This document shows positions 49,702-62,689 of a stretch of 64,000 bases of DNA, in pieces. The translations under genes were made by a program, and so were the position numbers. The notes beneath the pieces were generated by a model that had not been told where the DNA came from, ran no database searches, and was given only the letters and a program-made list of their open reading frames with translations. Source of the stretch: Azolla caroliniana (lineage: Eukaryota > Plantae > Polypodiophyta); NCBI GenBank assembly GCA_043228905.1, contig JBHGNT010000004.1:8184001-8248000 (forward strand), read 5' to 3'. The number at the start of each line of letters is the position of its first letter. The stretch's first letter is position 1.

Positions 49702-50254
49702 TGTTAGATGAAGGCTAATCATTGTTTATCGACTCCATCGGATCCGACGTGAGGCCATCGTATTGACTCTTTAGAGTGGCCACAACTTCACTCCATATCT
49801 GAAACGAGATATGTGCGGAACTGTTATGTGAAACACAGAGTACATAGTCGGTTATCCGGAAACAAACAGTTAGGTAAATGTCGAATATGGGTACATAATG
49901 GACGTACTCACACTGTCCCATTTGGACACACTAGGTCTAGGCTATTATATGTAAATAGTGCAAAGGGTAGTTGCCCTAAGTCAATTGGTATTTCAATTGA
50001 TTCTTTGTAACCTAGTTAGTGGTTGTTGATATTGTTTTGCCTCAATTGTAACTTTAGATAAATAATATAGTTACATCTTGTTTGTGCCCACTTCGGTGTA
50101 CTTCTTCTCTCCATCTTTCTTGTTGATATTGTCTTATGATTAAATTGTCTTGTGTTCATAATCTAATTCTTTGTAGTCTTTGAAGATCTTCATCTCAAAG
50201 AGTGCCGAGTTTGTTCCGCACCTGATGACCGCTTCCAACATATGGTATCGGAGC
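49702..50254 (+). repeat. orphan LTR with iMet-type PBS
   Basis: TGTTAG...CCAACA (49702..50240) followed by TGGTATCGGAGC; internal region lost. Confidence 0.7.
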
Positions 50255-51720
50255 TGATGACCTTCTTCTTGTCTTCATCAACATCCCTTTTTGGCAACCC
50301 CTGAAGGTCTTCTGGCTATCCTTGCTTGATAGAATAGATTCGAGATTTGAGTCCGATTGAAATTCTTTAGCCAGCAACTCCCTACAAGATCACCTTCTAC
50401 GAAGAGAAACACATGAAAAGTCTGCACTCCACTTTTCTAAATCACTGTTAAAAGAACCCAACCAACTACACCTTGCTTTCTATGATTGTAGCCTCTCGGA
50501 GTGAGACTCTTTCATTGAACCAACCATACTTGTGCTTCATCCGGTTAGGCGATAATTGAATAGGTCATTCGATGTTGTCCATCCGTTCGTCGTAACCACT
50601 CGAAGCAAAGTCTGCCCAAGGATCAACCCCCATCCGTGCCTCACTTGACTAGATGATATTTGGGAAGACCAGTTGGATTTGCCCCTCCCGTCGTTGTAGT
50701 CATCCGAAGCAGGATTGACCTAGAAAAAGACAAATAATATGTGGTCGCCACTGTTATTGGCTTGGATAACACGGTGTCGAATATCTGGTCCTTTGTCTAT
50801 TTGATTCAAGGTCTTGTGTTCGGGGGAAAGGAGCCAATATCGTTTGGAATTTTTCGGGAACTCCGAATTGTATGGACTTAAGTGTGAATCGAATAGAGAA
50901 TGAATGTGTGATTGTGGAGATGGCCAAGTGGCTACAACTGACTAGTTATGTGACATTACACAGAACGTGGAAGACTCAACACAAAGAAGATACGACACAG
51001 TTTCTTACTTAGAGTATTAGGGCAAAACAGAAATTCTATTACAAGCGCAATGATACATTAATTTCAATTAACCTTTTACAAGCTTCCCATGGCCCTTTTA
51101 TAGAGCTCATGGACGATTATGACTGCGTGTGAACCGTTATTGCGTATTCAATACTTTACTATTTTTCTACTCACTATTTTCTACTCTCGTTTCTTTATTC
51201 TTTCGCTCAGTCCTACTCACTACTAATTAGACTCGTAGCCATTTTCCGCCCCTTCCACAGTTGGTCATCCAAACCAGCCAACACATGGCATGCATGTGGG
51301 ACAGTGCATGCATGGTGCAAATGCCTCCAGAATCTGCGCTATCTCTGCGGAGTGACGTGCCATGAGTGCCCTATAGTCCTTCGTGAGATTTTCCTGAATT
51401 GTGTTGATGCTTTCTTCGTCGAGTTTGTTGAACCCGCGACGTTCTTTCCTTGGATTTTCCTGGTTCGCCTGAAATATCTGGAGTTCGGTAGCTTGTGTGG
51501 ACCAGTCGTCCCAACCTCGTTGTAGTCTGTCTGATATCATTTGGAGGGCACTTTCTTTTCATGTTTCGAGCAACATTCGGATCCTCTCCTCCGACATTTT
51601 TGTCTTCCCTCGCATGTGCTCGATGGTCGCTTCGAGTTGCGTTATTTTGCTTGTAGCGCGTCCCGATTGTAATGCGTACCGGTCTTGGATGAGGCAGAGA
51701 GCAAAGCAACAAATATTCAT
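50255..51720 (-). mobile_element. A-lineage Gypsy fragment: eORF end, LTR (50752..51283), PBS, 5' internal
   Basis: LTR TGTTGG...CAATAACA, PBS TGGCGACCACA (50740..50750), pre-LTR motif shared with element A, coiled-coil-like ORF 51265..51540. Confidence 0.75.
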
Positions 51721-52139
51721 GTACTATGTGTGGTGATGGAGATGCTGAGTTAATTGAATGCCTTCATCAAAAACTCGTTGTGCTTAATTGCTTTTCTATA
51801 TGATATCTTTGTATTGAAGGATATGGAGCTTTTGATACTTGAGACTAAGCTTCACATCTAAGTAGTTTTTATATTGGTGTTTAGTTATGCTGACAATGCA
51901 CCATCAAGGCTCTCATACCATGAGTTTCTTTTGGGGTTGGCTGGTTATCAAGGGAGGTCGAAGCATGCATTTCTTCCTATGATTGTCTTTTGTTCTATCA
52001 GTATGGCTGGTCTTCATCCCTCCCATGACTTTTTGGATCTAGCGGTTGGCATTTATTAGAAACATTTTTGAAGCCAAGTGGGAGTTTATTCATCGAATCA
52101 CACCCACTTTACTTTTCACTGACTTTGTCCTTGGATTTT

Positions 52140-55100
52140 TGTTGAGAGACAAGCTCAACATTTGTGCGTATTACGATGCGTAACCAATGCGTAGACTGGG
52201 TGCATAAAACCGGTACGCAGACCGGTGCGTAGAAAGGCCGTATCGGTGCGTAGACTGAAAGGCCGTTAGAAAGATATTCCTCGTAAGGAATAGTTTTGGG
52301 AGTAAGTGTCGAGGCTCATTTATGAGCAATCAAGTACTGCCAGTACTTGTGTCAGCCCATTGTCAGGGCTTGTATAAAAGTGCTTACTGAGCACATCCAA
52401 TGTAGAGATTGAGTATTATTTTTCGAATTTAAGTTCTCGAATTTTTGTATAAAAGTGCTTACTGAGCACATCCTATGTTCGGGATGCAAAAATGCTGAAG
52501 GGTGCATGGGAAAATCTGAAGAAGATTTTCGCCGCGAGCACCATAGCCAGGAAGCTTCAGCTTCGACAGGAGTTGAGCAACCTACGACAATGCGATTTGT
52601 CGGTGGCTGACTACACCTCGAAGATTAAGGACATATGCGACTCCTTAGCTTCCATCAAGGAAAGCGAGATGGTCTAGGTCTGTCTCGGGGGTTTGGCGTC
52701 GAAGTTCGGGGCATTCCGAACTGCAGTGTGTACCCAGGAGAATACGCCGTCCTTTTTTGACTTACAGTCGATGCTCCTGGTAGAGGAGAACCACGCGGGT
52801 GCGTCGACGAGCATGCACACTGACAACAAGATGTTGTACACGGAGGGAGAAAGGCCCCGTGGTCGTGGCGGACGAGGCGAGTCGGTACGCAATGGAGGCG
52901 GCCGACGGGATCAAGGAAGAAGGCACTGAAGTGATGCGAACAACAATTCCGGACCCTCCAGAAACAGGGGGAGTCGAGGCGACGAGAACTAGAAAGGGAA
53001 ATCTGCCGCGGAATGCTGGTACTGTGGCAAGAAAGGCCATAGGGAGAGCGAGTGCTGGAAGAAGCACGCCGAGTCGGAGAGGTCTGGTTCCGGATTTGGT
53101 TCCAAACATATCGACAAAGGAAACCGGCAACGATCGCACTACGCCGAAGGATCCGAAAAAGCCGGAAAAGGGTCAGTCTTCGTGACGAGACACGAAGCAA
53201 ACTCAATGAAGCAGTCCGCCCCGAAATCAGACGAGGTGTGGTATGTCGACTCCGGCTCGTCAAACTACATGACATGCCAAAAGGAGTGGTTCTCATACCT
53301 TGAGAAACCGACGCAACTAGGAGTAGTCACAACTGGAGACGACACTCCGCATCCGATCGCGAATGTCGGTGAAGTTCCCTTGAGCCATGTCGGGCAGAAA
53401 GGGAAACTTATGAACGTGTTACACGTCCCGACCATCACGAAGAATCTGGTGTCGACCGGGCAGATCGTCGACCAGGGGATGCATGTTCGGTTTATGCATC
53501 TTGGGTGCTTCATTGAGGAAGAAGGCCATATTATTGCGCAAGGGCGTAGAGATGGGAGGATGTTTATCCTCGACTCTACTGACGGTGGCACTGCAATGTT
53601 CGCGAAGGGACAAAAAGTCGAGTCGGACATCGACTTATGGCACAAACGGATAGGCCACGTCAACTACCAGCGGCTTCAATACCTGCAATCGAAACAAGTG
53701 GTGTCTGGATTGCCCAAATTTAGTGGCCGGAAGACACAAATTTGTGAAGCCTACCAGCTTGGGAAGCAACACCGACTTCCTTTTCCAAACGAGCGTAACC
53801 GGAGCCGGAACAAGCTAGACTTGATACACTATGATGTGTGGGGGCCGGCACAAAACATTAGTCTTGGCGGGAGCCAATATTTTGTCTCCTTCATCGACGA
53901 CTACACACGGCACACGTGGATCTACCTCATTGAGAGGAAAAGCGAAGTCTTCGACTGTTTCCGGGACCTCAAAGGGTTCGTGGAAATGGAAACAGGATGA
54001 AAGATCAAGTGCCTTCGGTTGGATGGCGGAAAAGAATACTTTTCCGGTCAATTCAACAGTTATCTACAACAGATGGGAATTCGGTGCGAATTCAGTTGTA
54101 GATACATGCCGGAGCAAAACGGCGTGGCCAAGAGGAAAAATCGGTCGGTTGTGGAAGCTGCACGCGCAATGCTGGAGGAGAAGAGCTTGCCTAAGTTCTA
54201 TTGGGCCGAGGCGGTAAGAACTGCGGTATACATCCAGAACCGGATCGGAGAAAAAGTATCGGTGCACGAGCTATACTTTGGAACAAAGCCGAACTTGCGA
54301 CACTTACGAGTTTTCAGTAGCATTGCGTATGTGCATGTGCCGAAGGAGAAAAGGAGGAAGTTGGACGCAAAAGCTGAGAAGTGTATCTTGGTCGCCTATT
54401 CGGACGAGCAGAAGGGTTATAAGTGCTATAACCCGAGTACCAAACAACCGCGTGTGAGCCGCGACGTTGTGTTTGATGAGTCCGCATCCTGGTACTTGCC
54501 TCTGACACCGGACCTCACCTCCAATCCAAGTTCTGACGATGAGGACAGCGAGGCCGAGGTGCCTCCGACTGAGCCTGAAATCGGGACCCACGAAGAGAGT
54601 CTGATTTTGTTTCCGTTAAGTGGACCGAATGGACGACTGAGTCGGTATGACTAGTCCAATGAAGAGCCGGCGAGTAGTGGAGACTCGGCCGTGCATTCCC
54701 CGCGTAGGAAGCCGAGGAGACGACTTACACACAAAGAGAAAGGGAAGAAGAAGGTGTCAGATTCTGGCACGGATAGGAACGAGTCAGACGGACGCGAGTC
54801 CGACTCCGAGGGAAGCGGCGATGGGCCTTCAGGAATGAGTCCGCATCGGCCGAGAAGACCTCGACATCGGCTAATGACCGATTACGCCGATCTACCCGCC
54901 AAAAGAACCCAGTTGTGCGGTTCGGATACAACGAGTATATGGCGCATCACTATGCGTACATGACCCGTCTAGCGGAAGTGCGTGAGCCGGAGAGCTACGC
55001 AGAAGCGGCAAAGGACGCGAATTGGCGTGCCGCGATGGAGGAAGAGATGCTCACATTGGCGGAAAACGAGACCTAGGACCTGGTTGACGCACCGAAGGGT

Positions 55101-57436
55101 GTGAAGCTGATCGGATGTAGGTGGGTGTACAAAGTCAAGTACAACACCGACGGCTCGGTCAACCGATACAAGGCCCGGTTAGTGGCAAAAGGCTACGCGC
55201 AGAAACACGACATCGACTACGATGAGACGTTTGCGCCGGTCGCAAAGATGACGACCGTTTGTGTTTTGCTTGCGGTAGCCGTGGCCAAGGGGTGGCACCT
55301 ACATCAGATGGATGTAAAGAATGCATTCCTGCAAGGTGAGCTTGAGGACCAAGTGTACATTGTACAACCCCCCGGATTTCACTCCGGAACGAACATGTCG
55401 ACAGTATGCCGATTGAAGAAGTCCCTTTACGGACTGAAGCAAGCCCCGCGTGCCTGGAATGCGAAAATCACGCATCGGCTGCGTTGGATGGGCTTTGCGA
55501 CGTCAAAATCGGACTTCTCGTTGTTCATTCGGAAAGGTCGACTCGGGCCGGTCAGTATTTTACTCTATGTTGATGACTTGGTCATCACCGGCGCCGACCT
55601 AGGTGAAATCAACTGTGTGAAGCTCCAGCTTGCGGCATCATTCGACATGAAGGATCTTGGGGACCTTCATTACTTCCTCGGGATCGAAGTGATCCGCACC
55701 CTCGAAGGCATACTAATTAGCCAACGTCATTAGGCGCTGAATATTGTCTTCAAATTTGGGATGGTAGACTGTAAGTCCGTCTCGACTCCTCTGGATAGAA
55801 CTGTCAAGCTTCGCCCCAATTCTGGCAAGGTTTGCGATCCGACAAGGTTCCGACAAGTTGTCGAAAGCCTTATCTACTTGACAATCACCCGACCCGATCT
55901 CAGTTATCCGGTTGGGGTGATTAGTCAGTTCGTGGCGCGACCTACCGAGGAGCACCTTCAGTGTGCACAACGCGTACTGCGGTACGTAAGCGGCATTAAG
56001 GACCGGGGACTGCTATATTGGATCGATACAACCCCGTAGTTGGTCGGCTACATCGATGCCGACTGGGCCGACAATGTCGCCGATCGCTAATCCACGTCCG
56101 GATATGCGTTCTCTCTTGGGAGTGCCGCGATAGCGTGGAGTAGCAAGAAGCAGCCGACAGTTGCACTGTCAAGTACCGAAGCCGAGTATAGAGGAGCGGC
56201 TGTCGCAACATGCGAAGCCATATGGTTGAAGCGGCTACTTAAGGATCTGCAGGTGGAGGTGTCCGATCCAACGACGATCTACTGCGACAACCTCGGCAGC
56301 ATCCAACTCACGAAGAACCCCGTCTTCCACGCACGGACCAAGCACATTGAGGTGCACTACCATTTTGTCCGTGAGCGTGTCCTTTTTGGTGAAGTCGAAC
56401 TTCAATATGTTCCGACGGATCGGCAGACCGCCGACATCTTCACCAAGTCTATTGGTCTGGACAAGTTGCGACAATTTTCGGGTGTGCTTGGGTTGCGTCA
56501 CCTCGACGTGCCGAACTTGAGGGGGAGAAACATCCCAGATAACCATGAAAGGGAGCAGGAAAGGAGCGAAAAAAACCTCGGATTGGCTGAAGAAGCCGAG
56601 AGCGGATCTGCGGAAGGGTCCGAAAGCGGACACAAGGGGAGTAGCCGAAAGAAAGAGCCAAAGCCAACCAGGCATGGGGGAGATGACGCCGTCAAGGGCG
56701 AGAAGACTGGAGACGAGTTGGAGACAGCCAACTCGGACGAGAGCGAAAACCGATCGGAGGTAGCCGAGTCAGTTCGGATGTTTGATTCAGATACATTGAA
56801 TCAACTGAGGGCCAAGCGGAAAAGAAGGCAACAGGAGAAGCACCAACACCGCGACAGCAAGGGACCTGTGAAGGGCCGTGGGAGCAGACAAGCCAACCAG
56901 AAGGGTCGAAGCGCACAGAGTCGAACAGGCCAAGGAGCGTGAGAGAGGCGTGGAGCTAGGAGAAGTCGGAGCGTAGGTTTGGCAGAGCAGGTGGAACCTC
57001 AAGTTGAGCTTGAGGGGGAGTGTTGAGAGACAAGCTCAACATTTGTGCGTATTACGATGTGTAACCAGTGCGTAGACTGGGTGCATAAAACCGGTACGCA
57101 GACCGGTGCGTAGAAAGGCCGTATCGGTGCGTAGACCGAAAGGCCGTTAGAAAGATATTCCTTGTAAGGAATAGTTTTGGGAGTAAGTGTCAAGGCTCAT
57201 TTATGAGCAGTCAAGTACTGCCAGTACTTGTGTCAACCCATTGTCAGGGCTTGTATAAAAGTGCTCACTGAGCACATCCTATGTAGAGATTGAGTATTAT
57301 TTTTCGAATTTAAGTTCTTGAGTTACTCTCTCTCTTAGTCTCTTCTGTGCGTACTATGCAAACCTAAGCTTTCCATTAAACCTGCGTTTTCTGTTGTTTG
57401 GTTTTCCTATATTGCTTCCGCACGCCATTCTTTTCA
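52140..57436 (+). mobile_element. Ty1/Copia element F, near full-length, with a deletion of U5/PBS/gag start
   Basis: TSD ATTTT (52135..52139, 57437..57441); LTRs 52140..~52440 (truncated) and 57021..57436; CWYCGKKGHRESEC, VWYVDSGSS, INT, RT (LLYVDDLV), RH (TKHIEVHYHFVRE); PPT TTGAGGGGGAG. Confidence 0.95.
57021..57436 (+). repeat. 3' LTR of Copia F
   Basis: TGTTGAG...TTTTCA; first ~300 bp near-identical to 52140..52440. Confidence 0.95.
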
Positions 57437-57719
57437 ATTTTTATTATCAATTGACATTGTATTCATCTTTTTTGGTGCTACGTCATTACGAGAATGCAAG
57501 GTTCTGATTTCTACTTGTAAAAGGAGGAGATTGATAAATAAATAATTGTATGTGTTGTAATATAGAACTGTTTCCATTAATTTCCTCTTGTATAATGAAT
57601 TATTGTTTGTTTGAAACATTATTTGAACCTTTGGTGTTTCATTATTATAGCAAATTGGTTTTGCATGTGTTTGTTTGTTGTGAACTATATAATCTAAAGA
57701 AAAGGTGTACTAGAAAGAG

Positions 57720-57815
57720 ATGTTGTATTGCCAATAGTCTGATTGATATGTATGTCAAATTAGGCTTGACCCATGTAGCACATATATTGCTTGATAAGCT
57801 TCGCATATTAAATCA
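57720..57815 (+). pseudogene. isolated PPR-motif remnant
   Basis: IANSLIDMYVKLGLTHVAHILLDKL resembles the PLS-class PPR consensus (NSLIDMYAKCG....A..VFD.L); single motif only. Confidence 0.4.
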
Positions 57816-58029
57816 GTCACATATTAATCTCTTCCTTGTTAAATAATGTTGTGATGTGAGAAATTATTGAGTATTTGAAGGAATTTCTTGTAGTGATGGA
57901 GTATTCATGATGATTGTTGATGAAATTTCATAAAAATTAAATAGAGAATAGCTATCAAACCAAATAATGAAATCTTCAGTCTTTATTTGCAAAATGATAT
58001 TTATGATTTAGGTGTAAATAGACATGAGC

Positions 58030-58031
58030 CA

Positions 58032-58074
<43 letters not shown>

Positions 58075-58143
58075 CCATACAACGAAGATATACAACACAT
58101 ACAATATAATACATACATACATGCAATGCAATACATACATATG

Positions 58144-58184
<41 letters not shown>

Positions 58185-58493
58185 CCCATACATAAAATAT
58201 ATACAACATATGCAATACAATATAATACATACATACATACACACATGTATAAAATATGTAAGGGCATTTAAAATGAGTTGTTTTCAAAATATATATTGGT
58301 GCTAAGGGGTATTTATTAGTCATTTTTTTATGAAAGGGTATCTAAAATAGTAAAAAACATACGTATAAGGGGTTTATACACACATGTATAAAATATGTAA
58401 GGGCATTTAAAATGAGTTGTTTTCAAAATATTAGTCGTTTCTTTATGAAAGGGTATCTAAAATAGTAAAAAACATACGTATAAGGAGTTTATA
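58030..58493. repeat. (CA)n microsatellites with local tandem duplications
   Basis: Two (CA)n-led ~110-bp units, then an ~140/115-bp duplication ACACATGTATAAAATATGTAAGGG...CATACGTATAAGG. Confidence 0.85.
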
Positions 58494-58519
58494 AAAGATG
58501 TTGTGAACACACGTGATAC

Positions 58520-59087
58520 AACCACTTTATATATAGTGGAGCCCTTGACCCGAGTCTAGAAGCCAATATCCGAAGTCGAAAATAGAGAAGGATGAGATGA
58601 ACAAGGTTCCCTATGCCTCATCAATCAGAGCTTGATGTATGCGATGGTCTACACTAGGTCGGCCATCGGATATGCGGTCAGAGTCGTTTGCGGTATATGA
58701 GCGGTCCTGGTAGAGAGCATTGGGCTATAGTAAAGTGGATACTCATGTATCTGAGAGGCACCTCGAGCGTGTGCTTCCGATTCGACTCAGGTAGCCATAT
58801 GTATCTAGAGATGTATCTGGAAGAGGCTACATATGTAAATATGTTTTGGTGCGCCAAGGATAGGCCATATTTGTAAATAGCCCATAGTGTATATTAGTAT
58901 AAATACACCTAGGGCAATTCATTTATGTGTGATGATAGGAGAAGTTACAGATTGTAACTAGTGCATAAGTGTGTGTAACTAGAGAGTAGGAGAGGGGAGT
59001 GTGTGTGTGTAGCAACTCTGTTGTACCCGTCGCCAGACAAAGAGGAGCTCAAGGTTGTTGCCTTAAAATCTCCCGTGTATTTTTCTT
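58520..59087 (+). mobile_element. Tork-like Copia remnant (RT/RH linker + LTR piece)
   Basis: YMSGPGREHWAIVKWILMYLRGT, then sequence resembling the D LTR (TTTGTAAATAGCCCATA...AGTATAAATACAC.TAGGGCAA). Confidence 0.7.
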
Positions 59088-59935
59088 TTAGGCATGAGCC
59101 ACAATTAGGTTTCCCTTGCAGAATTTCCACATGCCATTTTGAAAACTACCACTATAGCCTTCGTCGTCTAGCCATCCGACTGATATCAGATTAAGCATGA
59201 TATCTGAGACATGGCGTACATCTTTACGCAACATTTTGCAACTCGTAGAAGTTAGCAACAATACATTGCATGCATTGTCATTTCCCATCTTTACATATTC
59301 GTAGTCCCTGGCTGTGTAGGATGAGAATCACTGGCGAGGTTTACACAGCTTTGTTCACTGACGAACATCAACTCCTCTTCACTTGTAGTGAGGTTTGAGG
59401 TGTTCAGGTTGTTTGAAATCTTCTTTGGCTCAACACCCTCAACTCCTCTTTTGTCCTTTCTATAGTTCTTACTGTTCTTTTGGAAATGCCCTGACTTCCC
59501 ACAGTAGAAGCACGTGAGCCTTCCTCTAGACTTAGATCTGGATTTGGACTTACCCCATTTTTGAGGACCTCTCTGCCTGCCCCTTCCTCTATGAGAGTCA
59601 CCTTTTTGAATAGGGACTTATAGTCAAAGTTGGATGGACTCTTTGTCCTTCCGTCGAGCCTCTTCATTGACCAAAGTAGACTTCAACATGTCTAGTGTCA
59701 GTTGTTTACCTTCTGGTGCATAGTTACCCAAAGTCACCACAAGTGTTTCCCAGTTGTTTGGGAGAGAACCTAGCAATAACAAGGGTAATACCTCATCAAC
59801 TCTAAGAGGAAATTCTAGGGAAGTGGATTGATTGATGAGCCCTTGAAAAGCATTTAGGTGCTTAGCCATGCTTGAGCCATCTTGATATCTCAGCCTCACT
59901 ATCTTCCTAAAAATAGAGACTCTATGAAACAACTT
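59088..59935 (-). mobile_element. Tork-like Copia gag/PR remnant
   Basis: LLLGSLPNNWETLVVTL, LVNEEARRKDK, KDVRHVSDIMLNLISVG; homologous to Copia D. Confidence 0.8.
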
Positions 59936-59959
59936 GCTACACACACACACACATACACA

Positions 59960-60412
59960 TCTCAACCCTTTTGATCGGCTTGTCTGCTCATAAGGCCCTT
60001 GTAAGCTCCCTCGCTATCGCGACTTCGGCGCTCATCGACCCGATGATTCCTTCGTTTTAGTGTTGGTTTCAGTTGCCTTTTCGTTCACTTGCCCTTCAAC
60101 TGATTCGGCTCTTCCGAATCAAACGTTTCGAACGAATCAGCTGTCTCTGATTCATCTTCAATTCCAGGCCCTTCACCACATCAGACCATGTCTGGGTCTT
60201 GGCCTTCCTGCCCTTCTTGGCTTTACCCCCCCTTTGTTTGATCGGCTTTGGCTTTGTCTCGTTCCTTTGGTCTCTCCCCCTATATCTATCCTCGTCTTCT
60301 TTAGCCATCCTGAAGTCAAATTCTTCACCCGATTCGGCTTTCCAGACTTCTTCTTCATCTTCTCTTCCAGTCCTTCTCCCCCTCTCGGCATGTCGAGGTG
60401 TTGCAAACCAAG
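59960..60412 (-). mobile_element. 3' fragment of an F-family Copia (end of RH + extension)
   Basis: LGLQHLDMP.RG matches F (LGLRHLDVPNLRG); KTQTWSDVVKG motif. Confidence 0.7.
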
Positions 60413-61342
60413 TATTGAGCGAAAAAGCTCAACCGGATCTAGATCGGCTGAATAAGCCAGAGCCGGATCAGTATCCGGATTGAAGAACCGAATCGGTGAC
60501 CGGAACCAGGAGCCAGATCGGAGAGCCGGATCGTAATCCAGATCGGATTGTAACCGGTAGGCCGTTAGAGGTCTACGAATCTAGCCTAGTACGTGGGCAT
60601 ATTTTTTAAGAGTCAGTGTCAGTTGCTCATATGAGCATTGAAGTACTTGTCAATTCATTTAAGGACTTGTATAAAAAGTGTTATGTAGGTCATTGTACAC
60701 ATACAGAGTGTTATTGTTTTGAATTTGAGTTTTATGTTGTTTTGCTCTAACTCTGTCTCTCCCGTGTAAGGTTTCCATTAAACCTGTGTTTGTATCCTGT
60801 TGCTATCCGGTTGAGCTGGTTTTGTCTTAGCTTCTGCATATTTACTTTTACATGGTATCAGAGCGTGAGGGTTGAGAACCTCTATAGTCGACAAGAGTTT
60901 TTCTGATGACAAACCCTAACAATTGGTAAGAACAGACAAAGAAGGATATGGACCGAGGAATGGCTAGCTTGTTCCTGATGGAGAAGCTCGACAGATCCAA
61001 GTACGCATCTTGGTTGTACAAGATGCACCAGTACCTGCTCGGGCATGGATACTAGAGTTATGTCGACGAAGCTAACGATATGGCGCCTAATGCAACACAT
61101 AGGAACTTCCCGACTTGGGAACAAGCGGCCAACAGAGTTATGTATTGCGTTGCGTCTAGTGTCGGCAATCAACTGCTGAGCCATATCCAGGATGCCAAGA
61201 CGCTGAAGGAAGCTTGGGGAAACCTGAAGAAGGTCTTCCCTGCAAGCACCATGGCTCGGAAGCTGCAACTCCAACAGGAGTTGAGAAATGTGCAACAGAA
61301 GGACATGTCGGTGGCCGACTATATGGCCCGGATCAAAGACAT
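60413..61342 (+). mobile_element. Copia G: 5' LTR (60413..60852), iMet PBS, gag start
   Basis: LTR end TTTTACA followed by perfect TGGTATCAGAGC; gag EKLDRSKYASW...KEAWGNLKKVF; interrupted at 61343. Confidence 0.88.
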
Positions 61343-62689
61343 TGTGAAGAATAGAACGGAATTAGCTCGGCCACAACCGAGTCTTGAACACTTCCAATGA
61401 GAATCAAACACAGAAATGGGAAGAAGGGAGTGAACGCACGTACACACATGAGTCAATAGAGAGGACACAAGATGTTTACGTGGAAAACTCTAATAGGGAA
61501 AAACCACGGGAGCCCACAAACTCCGAACTAACACTATATGAGAAAGGTACAATCAGAGACTCAGAGGCAACGAGCTCTGTTTCTTCGCCAAGCGGTAGTT
61601 ACAACAGAGTATATCGCTCTATATCTCCTCTCATACTCTCTCTGTTTTCTCTATACAACAGTTATACACATACAACAATATGACAACCACTCCTCAAAGT
61701 GATTGCCCTAAGTCATATTTATACTTATATGAACTTAGGGCTATTAACCAATATAGCCTCAATAGGCTTACTCAAAAAACATATTTACAAAGATATCTTC
61801 TCATCCGGTTCTCACCGGGTCTATCTGATCCGGTTCTCATCGGATCCCATCCGGAGGGACCGATTTCCCAACAATCTCCCCCTTCACTCCGGCATGAGAT
61901 TTCTCGTCAGCCAGATCCGCTTTCGGCACGCATCCAACTTGTCGATTTTCAGCACCTTGGTCAGCATATCCGACCCGTTCTCCTTCGTATGGATCTTTGT
62001 TAGCACGAACTCTTGATCTTCTACTCTCTCCTGGATCTAGTGGTACCTCCGCTGGATATGTTTCGTTCGAGAATGGTAGGCCGTGTTCTTTGCAAGGTGG
62101 ATGGCACTTTGACTATCGCAGTAAAGCCGATATTCCTCCTATTGGATCCCTAGCTCTTTGATGAAGTCCTTCATCCAGATTATCTCCTTGTCGGCTTCCA
62201 CAACTGCCATGTACTCCGCCTCTGTGGTTGTCAACGCAACCATCTTCTGCAGCCTCGATTGCCATGATACAACTCCCCTTGCCTAAGTCATGACATATCC
62301 GGATGTAGACCAGTTGGTATCCGCATAAGCCGACATATCCAAATCCGTGAATCCGTCAAGTTGGGGATTACCAGAGCCGAACCAGAGGCACATACTCACA
62401 GTGCCTTTCAAGTACCGGAGTATCCACTTGACCGTGTTCCAGTGCTCTTTGCCAGGATTGCTCATGAACCGGCTCACCACTCCGACTCCGTATCCGATAT
62501 CCGGCCGGGTACATACCATTGCGTACATCAAGCTCCCGATGGTAGAGGCATATGGTATCTTCATCATATCCTTCTTCTCTGCCTTTGTCCTCGGGCTTTG
62601 TTTTCCGGATAGCTTGCAGTTTGCCGGAAGTGTCGATCCGACTGACTTTGCCTCCGACACGTTGAACCGTTGAAGCACCTTTGTCACGT
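61343..62689 (-). mobile_element. Copia H (Tork-like): RT/RH end, PPT, 3' LTR (61343..61873)
   Basis: YASTIGSLMYAMVCTRPDI, HWNTVKWILRYLKGT, RH end; PPT GGAGTGAAGGGGGAG; LTR TGTTGGG...TTCACA on minus strand. Confidence 0.9.
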
